Source: a virus. Taken from it: DNA of 64,000 bases. Every line of letters begins with the position of its first letter. Position 1 is the stretch's first letter. Positions 21,651 to 31,828 of the stretch are shown in pieces. Made by a program: the position numbers and the translations under genes. The stretch spans positions 32,001 to 96,000 of the IMG/VR virus record IMGVR_UViG_3300049436_000052. One strand, written 5' to 3'. The notes beneath the pieces were generated by a model. That model was not told the origin of the DNA, did not search any database, and saw only the letters and a list, made by a program, of their open reading frames with translations.

Positions 21651-23444
21651 ATTCATTATCAATTGTTTTTTCTAAATCAGTTGGTATAAATTTTGTTACT
21701 AACTCATCATATAGTTTATCAAACAAATTTGAATCTAATTTATTTATAAAAAAATCATTCCAAATTGGATTAGATAAAAATAACATATAACTTTCAAACT
21801 TTACTGATTTCATTATTATCTAATTGTATGAATTATTAAATCTTCTAACTCAACATTAATTTCAAAATATGGATCATATCTCATTTCAAGATAGATATCT
21901 CTAAAAATTCTAAGAATATCAATATCTTTTAAATTTAATTCTTTAAACACATTATTACAATTAATATTTAAATCAAAAATTGTAAAATTATTTTTTTTCA
22001 TAACAATAAATTTAATAAATCTTGCATTTCCAAAGCAATATTCTTATTATGGTATCATTACATATCAAATGTTAAATTTAACAGTCTAAGAATATCAATA
22101 TCTATATCATCTTTTAGCAAATCATATAATCCACCAAACAGTTTTGTATCTAAAAACATAGAAATATCGCCTTTTGTATGCTCTTTAAAAGGATCTGTAT
22201 AGTAAATCTGTTGTGCTACTATTAATTTAATATTATTATCATCCAACCAACTCATCATTAATTTCAAAATATAGATCATATCTCAATTCAAAATACAGAT
22301 CCATAAAATCTCTAGTAATATCAAAATCTTTTAAATTTAGTTCTTTGAATACATTATTAATATTAACATTTAAATCAAAAATGATATTTGGAATCAACAT
22401 TCCATTTGATAATATTACATGTCTTTCATTAATCACTATAATTTATATTTTATCTAATTTAATCATCAAATAAAACGCTTAAACTGAATAAATCACTATA
22501 TAAATCCATTATTAATTCACTTCTATTATAAATTGTATGTATAAAACTATTCTTAGTATAAAAATATATAGGTTTAAACGAAATGGGATTATATAGTATT
22601 ATAAATGCTTTCTCTTGATCAATAAATTCCAAATCTTCAATATAATTTGGTATTGATACTGTATTTGAAATTTCAATATGTTTATTATAATTAGGTTTAT
22701 GCATATTTTTTTATTTTTTACTTTTGTCGTTTAATTTCAGAGTGGACTATATTATTTAAAACATTTAAATCAACTAGTGGTTCATGTTTAAGTAATTCAT
22801 TCATTTTCCAAAAAAACATATAATCTACTTTATTTTTTGGAAATAAGCCATAATTATGTCTAACTGCAAAATCTAACTTTTCAAGATCATTTATAAGTTT
22901 TGAATTATTCATAAATAATTTTACCAATTTCTAAACCTAATTCAAGCAACAATATATCATACAATAATTCTAAGCTCCAACTACTCCAACTAATAAATCT
23001 ACTTTTTAGCAATTCATCTTTAAATCCAGAAAAAACGGCAGTATCTAAATCTCTAATTTTCATAAATAGTTTTACCAATTTCTACACCTAATTCAAGCAA
23101 TGTATCATTTATCAATTCATAATAAACAAAATTAAAACAATTACTATCATTAACATTCCAACTAATTGTATATGTTTCTAATAATCTATCTTTAATTCCA
23201 GAAAGAATTCTTTTGTTTAAATCCATGTTATCCATTAAGAAATGTATTTAATTTAGAATTTAATATAAAATGAAAAAACACTATCTAACTCATGCAACAA
23301 TAAAACTTCAGATATTACAAATTCTTCTTGAAATAAAAGTTGTGATTCTTTATTAAACGCATCAAAAGATACTAAATTAGATAATAGTAATTCATCTTGA
23401 ATTCCAGAAAGAATGGCAATATTTAAATCTATTTTAATCATCAA
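21634..23444 (-). CDS. Tandem array of ~9 short Leu/Asp-rich ORFs including paralogues (with unlisted 21634-21813 and 22905-23063)
   Basis: IFDLN.N.NNVFKELNLKD.DI.R.F.D.Y.E.RYD.YFEIN shared by 21816 and 22239; DL....LSG..D.LL shared by 22905, 23053 and 23253, with LLELG.EIGK.IYE in 22905 and 23053. Confidence 0.75.
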
Positions 23445-24106
23445 AATGGCATATCAACATCATAATCATTGACTTTTGGATTGTATGGTAATTTGACATT
23501 ATCTACAATAAAATCTTCCTTAATTGGATCGTTATCCCACATAGATTTATGTTCAATATGAACAATATTATTTTCATTGAGATATTCCAAATATAATGTT
23601 AATTTATATTGATGAATAATATTTTCCATATATCCATCTAATTTCTCATTTATTGTTATATTTAGCCAATCTATTGGTTGTTCTTCTTTCCATTCTTTAG
23701 GAATAATATCTTTAGGATTTGATGAAGCAAACATTTTTAGTTCTGCCTCATAGTCGTTAATTAATCTATCTAAATCTTTTATCTCATCCTCAACCTCAAA
23801 CTTTGAAGAATAAAGTTTATTATTAAGATAAATATCTGCTTTAAAATCTGTTCCGTCTGCCATATTATTATTGTTTTAATATTAATTAAATTTTTGAATT
23901 ACAATTCCGATTCCTAAAATTAGCGAAATAATTGTTAAAATGATTGCTGAAATTAAGATTGATTTAAAAAATCCTATTAAAGTAATTATTATCTTTTCAT
24001 TTAGATTAGAAACATTATTTGTTCCTACTTGACGTTTACCAATTTCATATGAAACTTTTAATATAATTGGTATTGTTAATAAAATTATTAGCGTTTGATA
24101 TGACAT
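23441..24106 (-). CDS. Hypothetical protein (140 aa) and two-TM membrane protein (74 aa)
   Basis: ORF track; hydrophobic stretches in 23882-24106. Confidence 0.6.
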
Positions 24107-24113
24107 AATGTTG

Positions 24114-24812
24114 TTATTTTAAATTATCTGATTTATCTATTAACCCATCTAAAAATTTTGAGAATTGTTTTGCGTTTGGAAATTTTGAATGAGATTCCAA
24201 CATTTCATGGTATTTCAAATATTCAATCATTATTTTTTTCATTTTATTCATAACATATTCAGAATTTGTTTTTAAGAAATTTATTAATTTTCTTTTAAAT
24301 GCATTAATATCATTTGTAATTATCTTTTTAATACCAGTATGTTTGGCATATTCCATCAATAATTTTAATTCTTCATTGTTTAATGAATTAACATATGATT
24401 CTGAATATTTGTTGATGTTTAGATAATTTTTATAATATGTAAAATCTTTGTATTTTCCGTTTTGAATGTCTTCTTTGGTGAATTTTAATTTATCCATTTC
24501 ATAATATAATTGTGCTACATTTGCTTTTTCTTCAACATTCATTAAATGATAGATAGAATATGAAAGAAACAATAATTTATTATTGTTTTTAAATTTATCT
24601 CGTACATTATTCAATTCATCAGTATCGAAAGAATAGTAGTTTGGATTTCTATCATTAAATCCTTTATTTGTTTTTAATTTAAGTTCATAATCTTCATAAG
24701 CATGATGCAATTCATGTGCAATTAACTCCTTAATATCGTTTACATCTGTTTTTGAAACAACAATCTTTATTGTAACTTTATTAAAAATTTTTCTTCGATT
24801 GTTTTCATAATT
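24114..24812 (-). pseudogene. HExxH (zincin-like) protein with no in-frame ATG upstream of the motif
   Basis: Frame extends upstream of the listed start to give IKELIAHELHHAYE; closed upstream by TAG; nearest ATG (24808) is out of frame. Confidence 0.45.
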
Positions 24813-24822
24813 CTACATCTTT

Positions 24823-25038
24823 TTATAAAATTTCAAATTTATTTAAAAATTCTTCCTTTTCTCGAACAAAAATTCCTTTCGTTTTACCATCTTTTTTTAA
24901 ACCTTTATAAACCACCATTACCATTCCATCATCTTTGTTTGTAGTATTTATTACATCCATCAAAACTATTTGATAAATTCTACCAGATTTCTTATGTATA
25001 TATTCTTCAATTGTTTTCATCTTTTTCAAAATTTTCAA
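24823..25038 (-). CDS. DUF1653-like small protein
   Basis: YIHKKSGRIY.I....MVVYK......FVRE.EEF..KF. Confidence 0.7.
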   Translation of the reverse strand: MKILKKMKTIEEYIHKKSGRIYQIVLMDVINTTNKDDGMVMVVYKGLKKDGKTKGIFVREKEEFLNKFEIL

Positions 25039-25342
25039 TAATCTTATTGTATTCGGTTAATTCACTATTATTTAGTAGAAATTCTCTACGAGTTTCATAT
25101 TCTTTGTTTTTATAAATTTTTTTACTGAAGAATAAACCTTGTGATTCAGCATTTTCAAACTCATTATAGAAACTATTGCTTATATTCAAATAAGAATAGG
25201 TATGACCTCTTTTAAATGACAAATATAACATTTCCAATTTGGGAAAATAAAGACTTTTAAGAATATTATCGGATTTAAATATTGATTCGATGTAACCAAT
25301 ATCACCATTTTCTTCTAAATGTTCATTTCTTTTAATTAACAT
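25007..25342 (-). CDS. KTSC-domain protein
   Basis: SDNI....Y......L.L.FKRG..Y.Y......Y.EF..AESQG.FF. Confidence 0.8.
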   Translation of the reverse strand: MLIKRNEHLEENGDIGYIESIFKSDNILKSLYFPKLEMLYLSFKRGHTYSYLNISNSFYNEFENAESQGLFFSKKIYKNKEYETRREFLLNNSELTEYNKIIENFEKDENN

Positions 25343-25359
25343 AGTATATTTTTTTTAAA

Positions 25360-25641
25360 TTAATCTTTAGAATATCTAATATCAAGAAGTTTATCATATT
25401 CCAAATCAAAATCATTGACAAACATTTCTTTAGTGTAATTATTATTGTTTTTTAAATTTTCAATTAATTCAAAAATCATTTTAACTGTTTGATTATTTAA
25501 AATCGCTTCTTTAATATAAATTTCACCATATTTACATTTGGGATTTTTTATTAACGCAGAAAAACAATTAATGTGTGAACAACAACCATCTTCACCACAA
25601 GCTTCACATAATTCACAATATGGACTATATTCTTCTTCCAT
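25360..25641 (-). CDS. Cys-rich hypothetical protein
   Basis: YC..C.ACGEDGCC...C motif. Confidence 0.6.
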   Translation of the reverse strand: MEEEYSPYCELCEACGEDGCCSHINCFSALIKNPKCKYGEIYIKEAILNNQTVKMIFELIENLKNNNNYTKEMFVNDFDLEYDKLLDIRYSKD

Positions 25642-25724
25642 TTTTATTTAAGTTAAATTTTGCAAATATAATGAAAAAATTTTGAATAAAAAAATCAAGT
25701 ATTTATTATAAAAATATTAAATAA

Positions 25725-26492
25725 ATGTCTGTTCCTAGAAAAAATAGTAAACTAACTCTTGATGTTAATCCTCCAAAAATTGGAAATGAATATCTTAAAT
25801 ATGGTTTTGATAGAATTGAAAAGTTAATGGCAGATACTGATATTAAAACTAAATATCTACCACGAACAATACTTTTAGAAGATTTGGATTATGGGGTTTT
25901 TGAATATACTAATAATGATATTAAAATAGTTATTGACGGTAAAATAGTTCCTGTAATCTACCTCGAAAATGAAAGATGGGCAGAATTCAAAAAGACATGG
26001 AAATTAAGTACAGATAGTGATAAAAACCTATTAACACCTTATATTACAGTTAGAAGAACAGATAAAGGTGTTGGGACTAGATTAGGAACAAAATATCGTA
26101 TTCCGCAACCACGTATGTTCAGATATGCACAAGTACCAATTCTTGATGAAGGACAAATAGTCTATCTATTATTTAAAATGCCACAACCAACAAACGTTGA
26201 TTTTACATATGAAGTTGCATTATTTACAAAATATAGAGTTGATATTAATCAATATGATGAACAAATTTTAAAGAAATTTGCTTCAAGACAAGATTATGTA
26301 TTTATCAAAGGAAATCCAATGCCATTATTATTTGAAGGAATGTCAGAAGCAAATCCAATTGAAAATATTGATGGTGATAGATTTTTTGTTTCGAAATATA
26401 CTTTAAAAATATTAGGTTTTATTCAAGATGAAAAAGAATTTCAAATTGTTAAGACATCAAGAAAACCAATGTTAACTTATAGTGTAGTATAA
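25725..26492 (+). CDS. Tail completion/terminator protein (gp15-like)
   Basis: VPVIY...ERWA, P.ITVRRT, PQP.NVDFTYEV; late box upstream. Confidence 0.6.
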   Translation: MSVPRKNSKLTLDVNPPKIGNEYLKYGFDRIEKLMADTDIKTKYLPRTILLEDLDYGVFEYTNNDIKIVIDGKIVPVIYLENERWAEFKKTWKLSTDSDKNLLTPYITVRRTDKGVGTRLGTKYRIPQPRMFRYAQVPILDEGQIVYLLFKMPQPTNVDFTYEVALFTKYRVDINQYDEQILKKFASRQDYVFIKGNPMPLLFEGMSEANPIENIDGDRFFVSKYTLKILGFIQDEKEFQIVKTSRKPMLTYSVV

Positions 26493-27265
26493 CTAACACC
26501 ACTATAAACAAAAGTGTTGCCAACTGGATAACTTTGTTTGATATTTTCAAATTTATCAAATGTATCATTAACTTTATTAGTATATGTTGTATTGATATAT
26601 TCTCTTAAATTAATGTTATGGGAAACGTTGTCTAATCTCCATTTTTTATTTACTAAATCTAACTCTGTTTTAATGTACATTTTTTCTGCTGTTGTTTTAT
26701 TACTATTTTGATTATAGAATAATTTAACACCATTCGATGTTTTTAATGCTGAAAAAAATGAAAATTTAGTATATCCACTAACAATATTAGTTGTCTGAGT
26801 TTCTATAAAAGATAATGGTACTTGCATACCATAAAATTGACCAGTTGTTGCACTACCAATAAAATAACTCGGAATTGTTCCTAATTTTGATAAATATGTG
26901 GTAAATATTCTTGATTGGGTATTAATATCATATGTATCATAAAAATCTAATATAAAAAAACTATTTATAAAATTTAAACTATTTTTTGTAATTTCATCAC
27001 TGGTAAATCCTGCGTTTGTAAAATTTAAACCATATGAACCATTTTTATAAAAATAGAAATTAAGTTTATCTGTAGTATATGCTGAATTGTATTTAAATTT
27101 TCGAGTTTCTTCATCAACAACAGGATTAAGTGAATTATTAGTTACTACTTGGGTTAAGCTATCAATTTCCTGTTGATAATCAAAAAAATTATTCTTAATA
27201 TCTAAACTAAACTTAATTTGATTATCAGAATTATTATATAATATAGTTTTTTTTATTATTGACAT
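26477..27265 (-). CDS. Putative virion structural protein
   Basis: FINSFFILDFYDT motif; translationally coupled to 27256-28419 under a late box. Confidence 0.5.
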   Translation of the reverse strand: MSIIKKTILYNNSDNQIKFSLDIKNNFFDYQQEIDSLTQVVTNNSLNPVVDEETRKFKYNSAYTTDKLNFYFYKNGSYGLNFTNAGFTSDEITKNSLNFINSFFILDFYDTYDINTQSRIFTTYLSKLGTIPSYFIGSATTGQFYGMQVPLSFIETQTTNIVSGYTKFSFFSALKTSNGVKLFYNQNSNKTTAEKMYIKTELDLVNKKWRLDNVSHNINLREYINTTYTNKVNDTFDKFENIKQSYPVGNTFVYSGVSYTTL

Positions 27266-28419
27266 GGTTTTCCAATGTTATCTAATTCGTTATCTAATGG
27301 AGTGATATTTAAAATATTTTCACTGATTATTGTATTTTTAAATGCATTATATGTATATGTATCAGTTAAATCTGGCACAATGTCAATCATCGAACTGCTA
27401 AATAAATATCTTTTTTTATTAACAAACGGATAATCAACACCTTCATTTGTTAATGGATCTGTATATCCTTGTGGTAATATTGTTCTCCATACATAATTTC
27501 CATTACTATCTAATAACGTTGCATAATCAGGTATTGATTCAACTAATTCAATTGAACTATCCCCACTATTTGCATTATATATATCATTGCTAAAATACCT
27601 TAAAGTTAGCGGAATAAATGGTTGGTATTTCCACATTATATTTCCACTAAAAACATTGTTTAAATTTCTAACTGGTGTTGTAATATAATAAGTTTGTGGA
27701 AGTTTTTGAGTTTGACTAAATGTGGTTCTCGAATATTCAATCAAATCTCCATATACTCTATCTCCAATATTTAAAGTAGTTGTACTTAATAATGTTTTTG
27801 TTCCACTACCACCAACAGTACCCCAATTCAAATAATAAACATTTTCACTATCATTAAATGCATTCTTCTTTGGAAGATATTTAACATATAAATATAATTC
27901 ATTTACTGGAAACCCAAAATTATCATAATAGTTAGAAACATCAAAATCAATATTAAAATTATAAATATGTGTTTGATCACCATAAACGTTTTTTCCAAAA
28001 CCCGCTTTAAAAATTTCAATATCGTTTGTTGCCCCAATAACTTCAAAATGTCTGACATACTCAATATTATTGTTAAGTATTTTTGTATATCCTGTCGATG
28101 GTTTTAATAAATAAAATTCAAACGAATTTACCAATGTTTTGGCATTTGTTAACTGTGGTGTGAAATAATCCTTTAAATATTTATAATCTAACTTTAAACC
28201 ATTTAATAATGACAAATAATCAAACTTTCCATAAATCCTATAAATTTGATTATCTTCTCTTTCTGCATCAAAAATTTCCGTTACACTTAATACGTTTCTT
28301 ATATCAAACTCAGTAATTTCTGAAATGTTATTGTTTAGTTCAATTTTATTAAAAGTATCTACATTTACCGAATTAACGTTTCTAAAACTATTTAATAAAA
28401 TTTGTTGTGTAGTATCCAT
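27256..28419 (-). CDS. Putative virion structural (tail/baseplate) protein
   Basis: IPDYA...WR.ILP.G..D....GVDYPFVN; late box at 28438-28445. Confidence 0.55.
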   Translation of the reverse strand: MDTTQQILLNSFRNVNSVNVDTFNKIELNNNISEITEFDIRNVLSVTEIFDAEREDNQIYRIYGKFDYLSLLNGLKLDYKYLKDYFTPQLTNAKTLVNSFEFYLLKPSTGYTKILNNNIEYVRHFEVIGATNDIEIFKAGFGKNVYGDQTHIYNFNIDFDVSNYYDNFGFPVNELYLYVKYLPKKNAFNDSENVYYLNWGTVGGSGTKTLLSTTTLNIGDRVYGDLIEYSRTTFSQTQKLPQTYYITTPVRNLNNVFSGNIMWKYQPFIPLTLRYFSNDIYNANSGDSSIELVESIPDYATLLDSNGNYVWRTILPQGYTDPLTNEGVDYPFVNKKRYLFSSSMIDIVPDLTDTYTYNAFKNTIISENILNITPLDNELDNIGKPCQ

Positions 28420-28541
28420 TAAAAGAATAATTTTATTATAAATACGTTAAATGTGAATTTGAATAAATATTTGGTTTTTACTACTTTTATAAAATACGAA
28501 AATATAACTATTTTTGTTGACGAAATGTTTGATGATTAAAT

Positions 28542-28763
28542 CTATTTAGAATCATTAATTAATCGATTTAATAAATATTCAAATTCAAACAAATCATCAG
28601 TAATATTTATAAAATTTTCAACATATACTCTACTAATAATAAATGGATCTTTTGCTATTAACTTAAAATTATAATAATCTTTATATGCAATTATTGCATC
28701 AACACCATATAAATTAAAATTTATTCTGAGTTTTTTATCTAAATTTCGTTCAAGTTTTTTCAT
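28542..28763 (-). CDS. Short Leu/Asp-rich hypothetical protein
   Basis: ORF track; composition like the 21.6-23.4 kb family. Confidence 0.5.
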   Translation of the reverse strand: MKKLERNLDKKLRINFNLYGVDAIIAYKDYYNFKLIAKDPFIISRVYVENFINITDDLFEFEYLLNRLINDSK

Positions 28764-28948
28764 TTTATCATATAAAATTTTAAAAGAAACAATACATTAA
28801 CATAATTTAACATTTATAATTTATTATAAATCAGTAATATGGCCTTTTTATTAAAAATTTATAATAAATACTTGAAACAAATTTAATTTCTTTTCGTATA
28901 ATATAGTGAGATTAAAAACTATTTATGTTAAATTAAAATTTAAACAAA

Positions 28949-29425
28949 ATGAAAAAAATTAATTATCTTATAGGCTTGCTTTTATTAGCAATTGCTTTAA
29001 CAAGTTTTACTTGTGGAAAAGAAACTGTTGAACCTGAAAAACCATCAACTGCAATAATTACGTTGAATGAATTATATGGGTATTGGGATTTTGTATCTTA
29101 TGAATTGAATAATAAGACATATATTAAAGGTGAATGTAATAATATTGACATAAAAAATTATGAGTATATTATGCTGTCATTTGAATTTATAAAAGATACT
29201 TACAATAGTAAAATAACAGATTTATGTATTAATCCTAATAATCCAAATTCTCGTGGTTTTGTATTAAATGATAATATACTTAATTTTAACGAAAAAGTTA
29301 AATTTGAAGTTATTAGCTACGAACCCAATGAAAATATATTAACTTTAAAATTTTTATTCTACGATGAATCAATACCAGGAGATATACCAATTGGTGGAAT
29401 ATATAAATTACAAAAACAAGTATAG
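28949..29425 (+). CDS. Exported lipocalin-like (lipo)protein
   Basis: Signal peptide MKKINYLIGLLLLAIALTSFTC; LYGYW lipocalin-type GxW motif; own promoter and terminator. Confidence 0.6.
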   Translation: MKKINYLIGLLLLAIALTSFTCGKETVEPEKPSTAIITLNELYGYWDFVSYELNNKTYIKGECNNIDIKNYEYIMLSFEFIKDTYNSKITDLCINPNNPNSRGFVLNDNILNFNEKVKFEVISYEPNENILTLKFLFYDESIPGDIPIGGIYKLQKQV

Positions 29426-29448
29426 ATTATAATTTCACATATAACTAT

Positions 29449-29476
29449 AAACCCATCAAATTAGATGGGTTTTTTT
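29449..29476. terminator. Bidirectional terminator
   Basis: AAACCCATC-aaatta-GATGGGTTTTTT. Confidence 0.8.
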
Positions 29477-31580
29477 ATGTTAAAATACCTAATAAATAAA
29501 GATACTCAACACAATCGGAAGCACCCCAACCCTTGTAGAAATAAACATAAGGATCGTAACTACTTGATACATAATTTCCATTAACTTTACCACCATTTAT
29601 TGGTGAATTTGCTTGTGGCCATGTAGATGGTTTATTTGATCCACCATGATAATTATTTAAAGTAATATTTAATAAATCTTCATTTGTAAATCCCCTTTTA
29701 CTAAGTTTTCTCATATTAATTATATCACTCACAGGAACTTCAATAAAATCCGTCCAATGTAAATCAGATCTGGCAAACCACTTGGTATTATAATCACCAG
29801 CAGCAATTTCTTGTAAATTATCTATTGTAAAATACCCATTAAAGGTTGTGTTTCCCGGATTTTGTTTTGTAAAGTTATCACTTGTTCTTACATATCTCAC
29901 ATTACTATAACCCTGATCAATATATCCAATTTGTGGTAAGTAAACAGATAAATTTAACCAGTTTGCACCAAATAATTTAGTTACATATGCATTATTAGTT
30001 ATATTACTTGGAAATTGATAATCGGCATTGTTATAGTCACTATATGTATCTGTTGCAATTATCCCAACATTCCAAAAAGGATCATCAACCCCATCATTTA
30101 CAATACTTCCTTTATAAAACCCAACAGTAAGATTTTGTTCATTATCGTCATCTTGGTGATTGAAAGATAAACCATGAAATCTTGATATACTATAAAACTT
30201 TCCTGCTTCAAATGTATAATGCTGTTTTCTCCACTGATCACTAAAAACACTATCATTTTCTGTAAATAATGCAGTAAAACTTTGATCCTGATTAGCATAT
30301 TGTGGAAATTTTAATTTATAACGTATTGGTCTAACAACACTATTTTGTCCTAAAGTTCCTGTCCAATTCATTGGAATGTCGTCAACTGTAAACTCTAAAG
30401 TCACAAATCCCCTAAATTTAGTAAATATTCCAGATGTTGAAGAATCATCAACAGGAACTTTATTTCCAAAATCATCTGTAACTACTTTACCCCTATTACA
30501 ATTAATAATAAAAACAAAATCACCATCTCTTTTATAAACAGAATATTCACTAGGATCTAATAATAACATTTTAGTTCTAGGATCTGCACCAGCATTAATT
30601 TCAGAATCACTAACATTTGTTGGATAATAATAAACCTTTTCAGTTATTTTACCAATTCTTTTTGAATAAATTCCAATTGTATTATTTGCATCTGTTCTGG
30701 CTCTAAACAATTCTCTTATTCGGGGATCACCACCCGCAAAATCATCACCAAACATAGATCCATCACCATCTGTGAATGCACTTCCAAAAATTATAAATGT
30801 ATTAACCAATGTACTTCTAATTCTAAAATTTTGTTTAGTAATCCCAATTTCGAAATTTTCTTTATCTCCCCAAAATGGAATAATATCAACAGTTACTTCT
30901 TGTGTTTCAATATGTGGTAAATCGTTTAAATCTGTACTTGGTTTTATTTTAGTATTATTTTCCATAAAAAGATTTGGAGAATATCCCAAATTTGTTACCA
31001 TTGATGCTGGTGTCATACTATATTCACCAATATCTGTAATGTCAACACTCATATGTATTGTTTGTGTGCCAATTGGAACACCAAAAATCATATAATCACC
31101 AGAATTATTAGTAATAGCAGTATGTTTATAATATTTCTTATAAACAGTTAAAAATTTTTGATTCGCAATTACCTCTTCTTTAATTGGAAATGATCCAAAT
31201 GGTTGTTTCGGTGAAGATTGTCCAGTTGCTGGATCTATTTTACCAACCCTAGGTAGTAAATTATACCTCTTTCCTTCTGCATTTTTGTCTCTAGGAGTCT
31301 TATAAGGATAGATTGAGTATATCTGTCCATTTTGAGCATCTTCGTCCGTTAGAGGGATGAAAACACTTATTTTTGCGTTTGGAATACCGACTCCACCATT
31401 TGCAATTACTCTACCTACCAAAACACCATAATCTGCATTAAAATTCTGATAAACATCAGTAGTGTTGATATTCATACTTAAAAATTCAATTGTGTCAACA
31501 TTTTCTTCTAATCGTACTTTTAAATATTTATCGTTATTAATATTATCATTATTTAATTCGATTCGCTGAGATCTATTCAT
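29475..31580 (-). CDS. Putative baseplate/tail structural protein (prealbumin/carboxypeptidase-regulatory-like N-terminal domain)
   Basis: YGVLVGRVIANGGVGIPNAKISVFIP, TN.SGDYMIFGVP.G; late box at 31596-31603. Confidence 0.6.
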   Translation of the reverse strand: MNRSQRIELNNDNINNDKYLKVRLEENVDTIEFLSMNINTTDVYQNFNADYGVLVGRVIANGGVGIPNAKISVFIPLTDEDAQNGQIYSIYPYKTPRDKNAEGKRYNLLPRVGKIDPATGQSSPKQPFGSFPIKEEVIANQKFLTVYKKYYKHTAITNNSGDYMIFGVPIGTQTIHMSVDITDIGEYSMTPASMVTNLGYSPNLFMENNTKIKPSTDLNDLPHIETQEVTVDIIPFWGDKENFEIGITKQNFRIRSTLVNTFIIFGSAFTDGDGSMFGDDFAGGDPRIRELFRARTDANNTIGIYSKRIGKITEKVYYYPTNVSDSEINAGADPRTKMLLLDPSEYSVYKRDGDFVFIINCNRGKVVTDDFGNKVPVDDSSTSGIFTKFRGFVTLEFTVDDIPMNWTGTLGQNSVVRPIRYKLKFPQYANQDQSFTALFTENDSVFSDQWRKQHYTFEAGKFYSISRFHGLSFNHQDDDNEQNLTVGFYKGSIVNDGVDDPFWNVGIIATDTYSDYNNADYQFPSNITNNAYVTKLFGANWLNLSVYLPQIGYIDQGYSNVRYVRTSDNFTKQNPGNTTFNGYFTIDNLQEIAAGDYNTKWFARSDLHWTDFIEVPVSDIINMRKLSKRGFTNEDLLNITLNNYHGGSNKPSTWPQANSPINGGKVNGNYVSSSYDPYVYFYKGWGASDCVEYLYLLGILT

Positions 31581-31828
31581 TTAAAACTTTTTTTTATAAA
31601 TACTAAAAATATTTTTCACTAAAATTTTTCAAAATTAAAGAAAATTTAGAACAAAAAAATCAAAATTTAAGAAAATTTTAATCTAAAAATATGAAATTTA
31701 TTAAAATTTAAAAATTTGACCACTTTTTAAGATTCTGTGAATATTGAAATTAATCAACTTTTGGATTTATTTTTAGTATTTATGAAAAACAAAAAAATAA
31801 TTTTAAAAAATAAATAATAAAAATAAAC

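Noticed and set aside
22908-23100. Diversity-generating retroelement TR/VR pair
   Set aside because: Only 2 mismatches in 42 bp, both copies are coding paralogue ends, and no reverse transcriptase is visible
31604-31775. Repeat array in the divergent intergenic region before the sheath gene
   Set aside because: Recurrent AAAATTT runs are irregular and explained by extreme AT content
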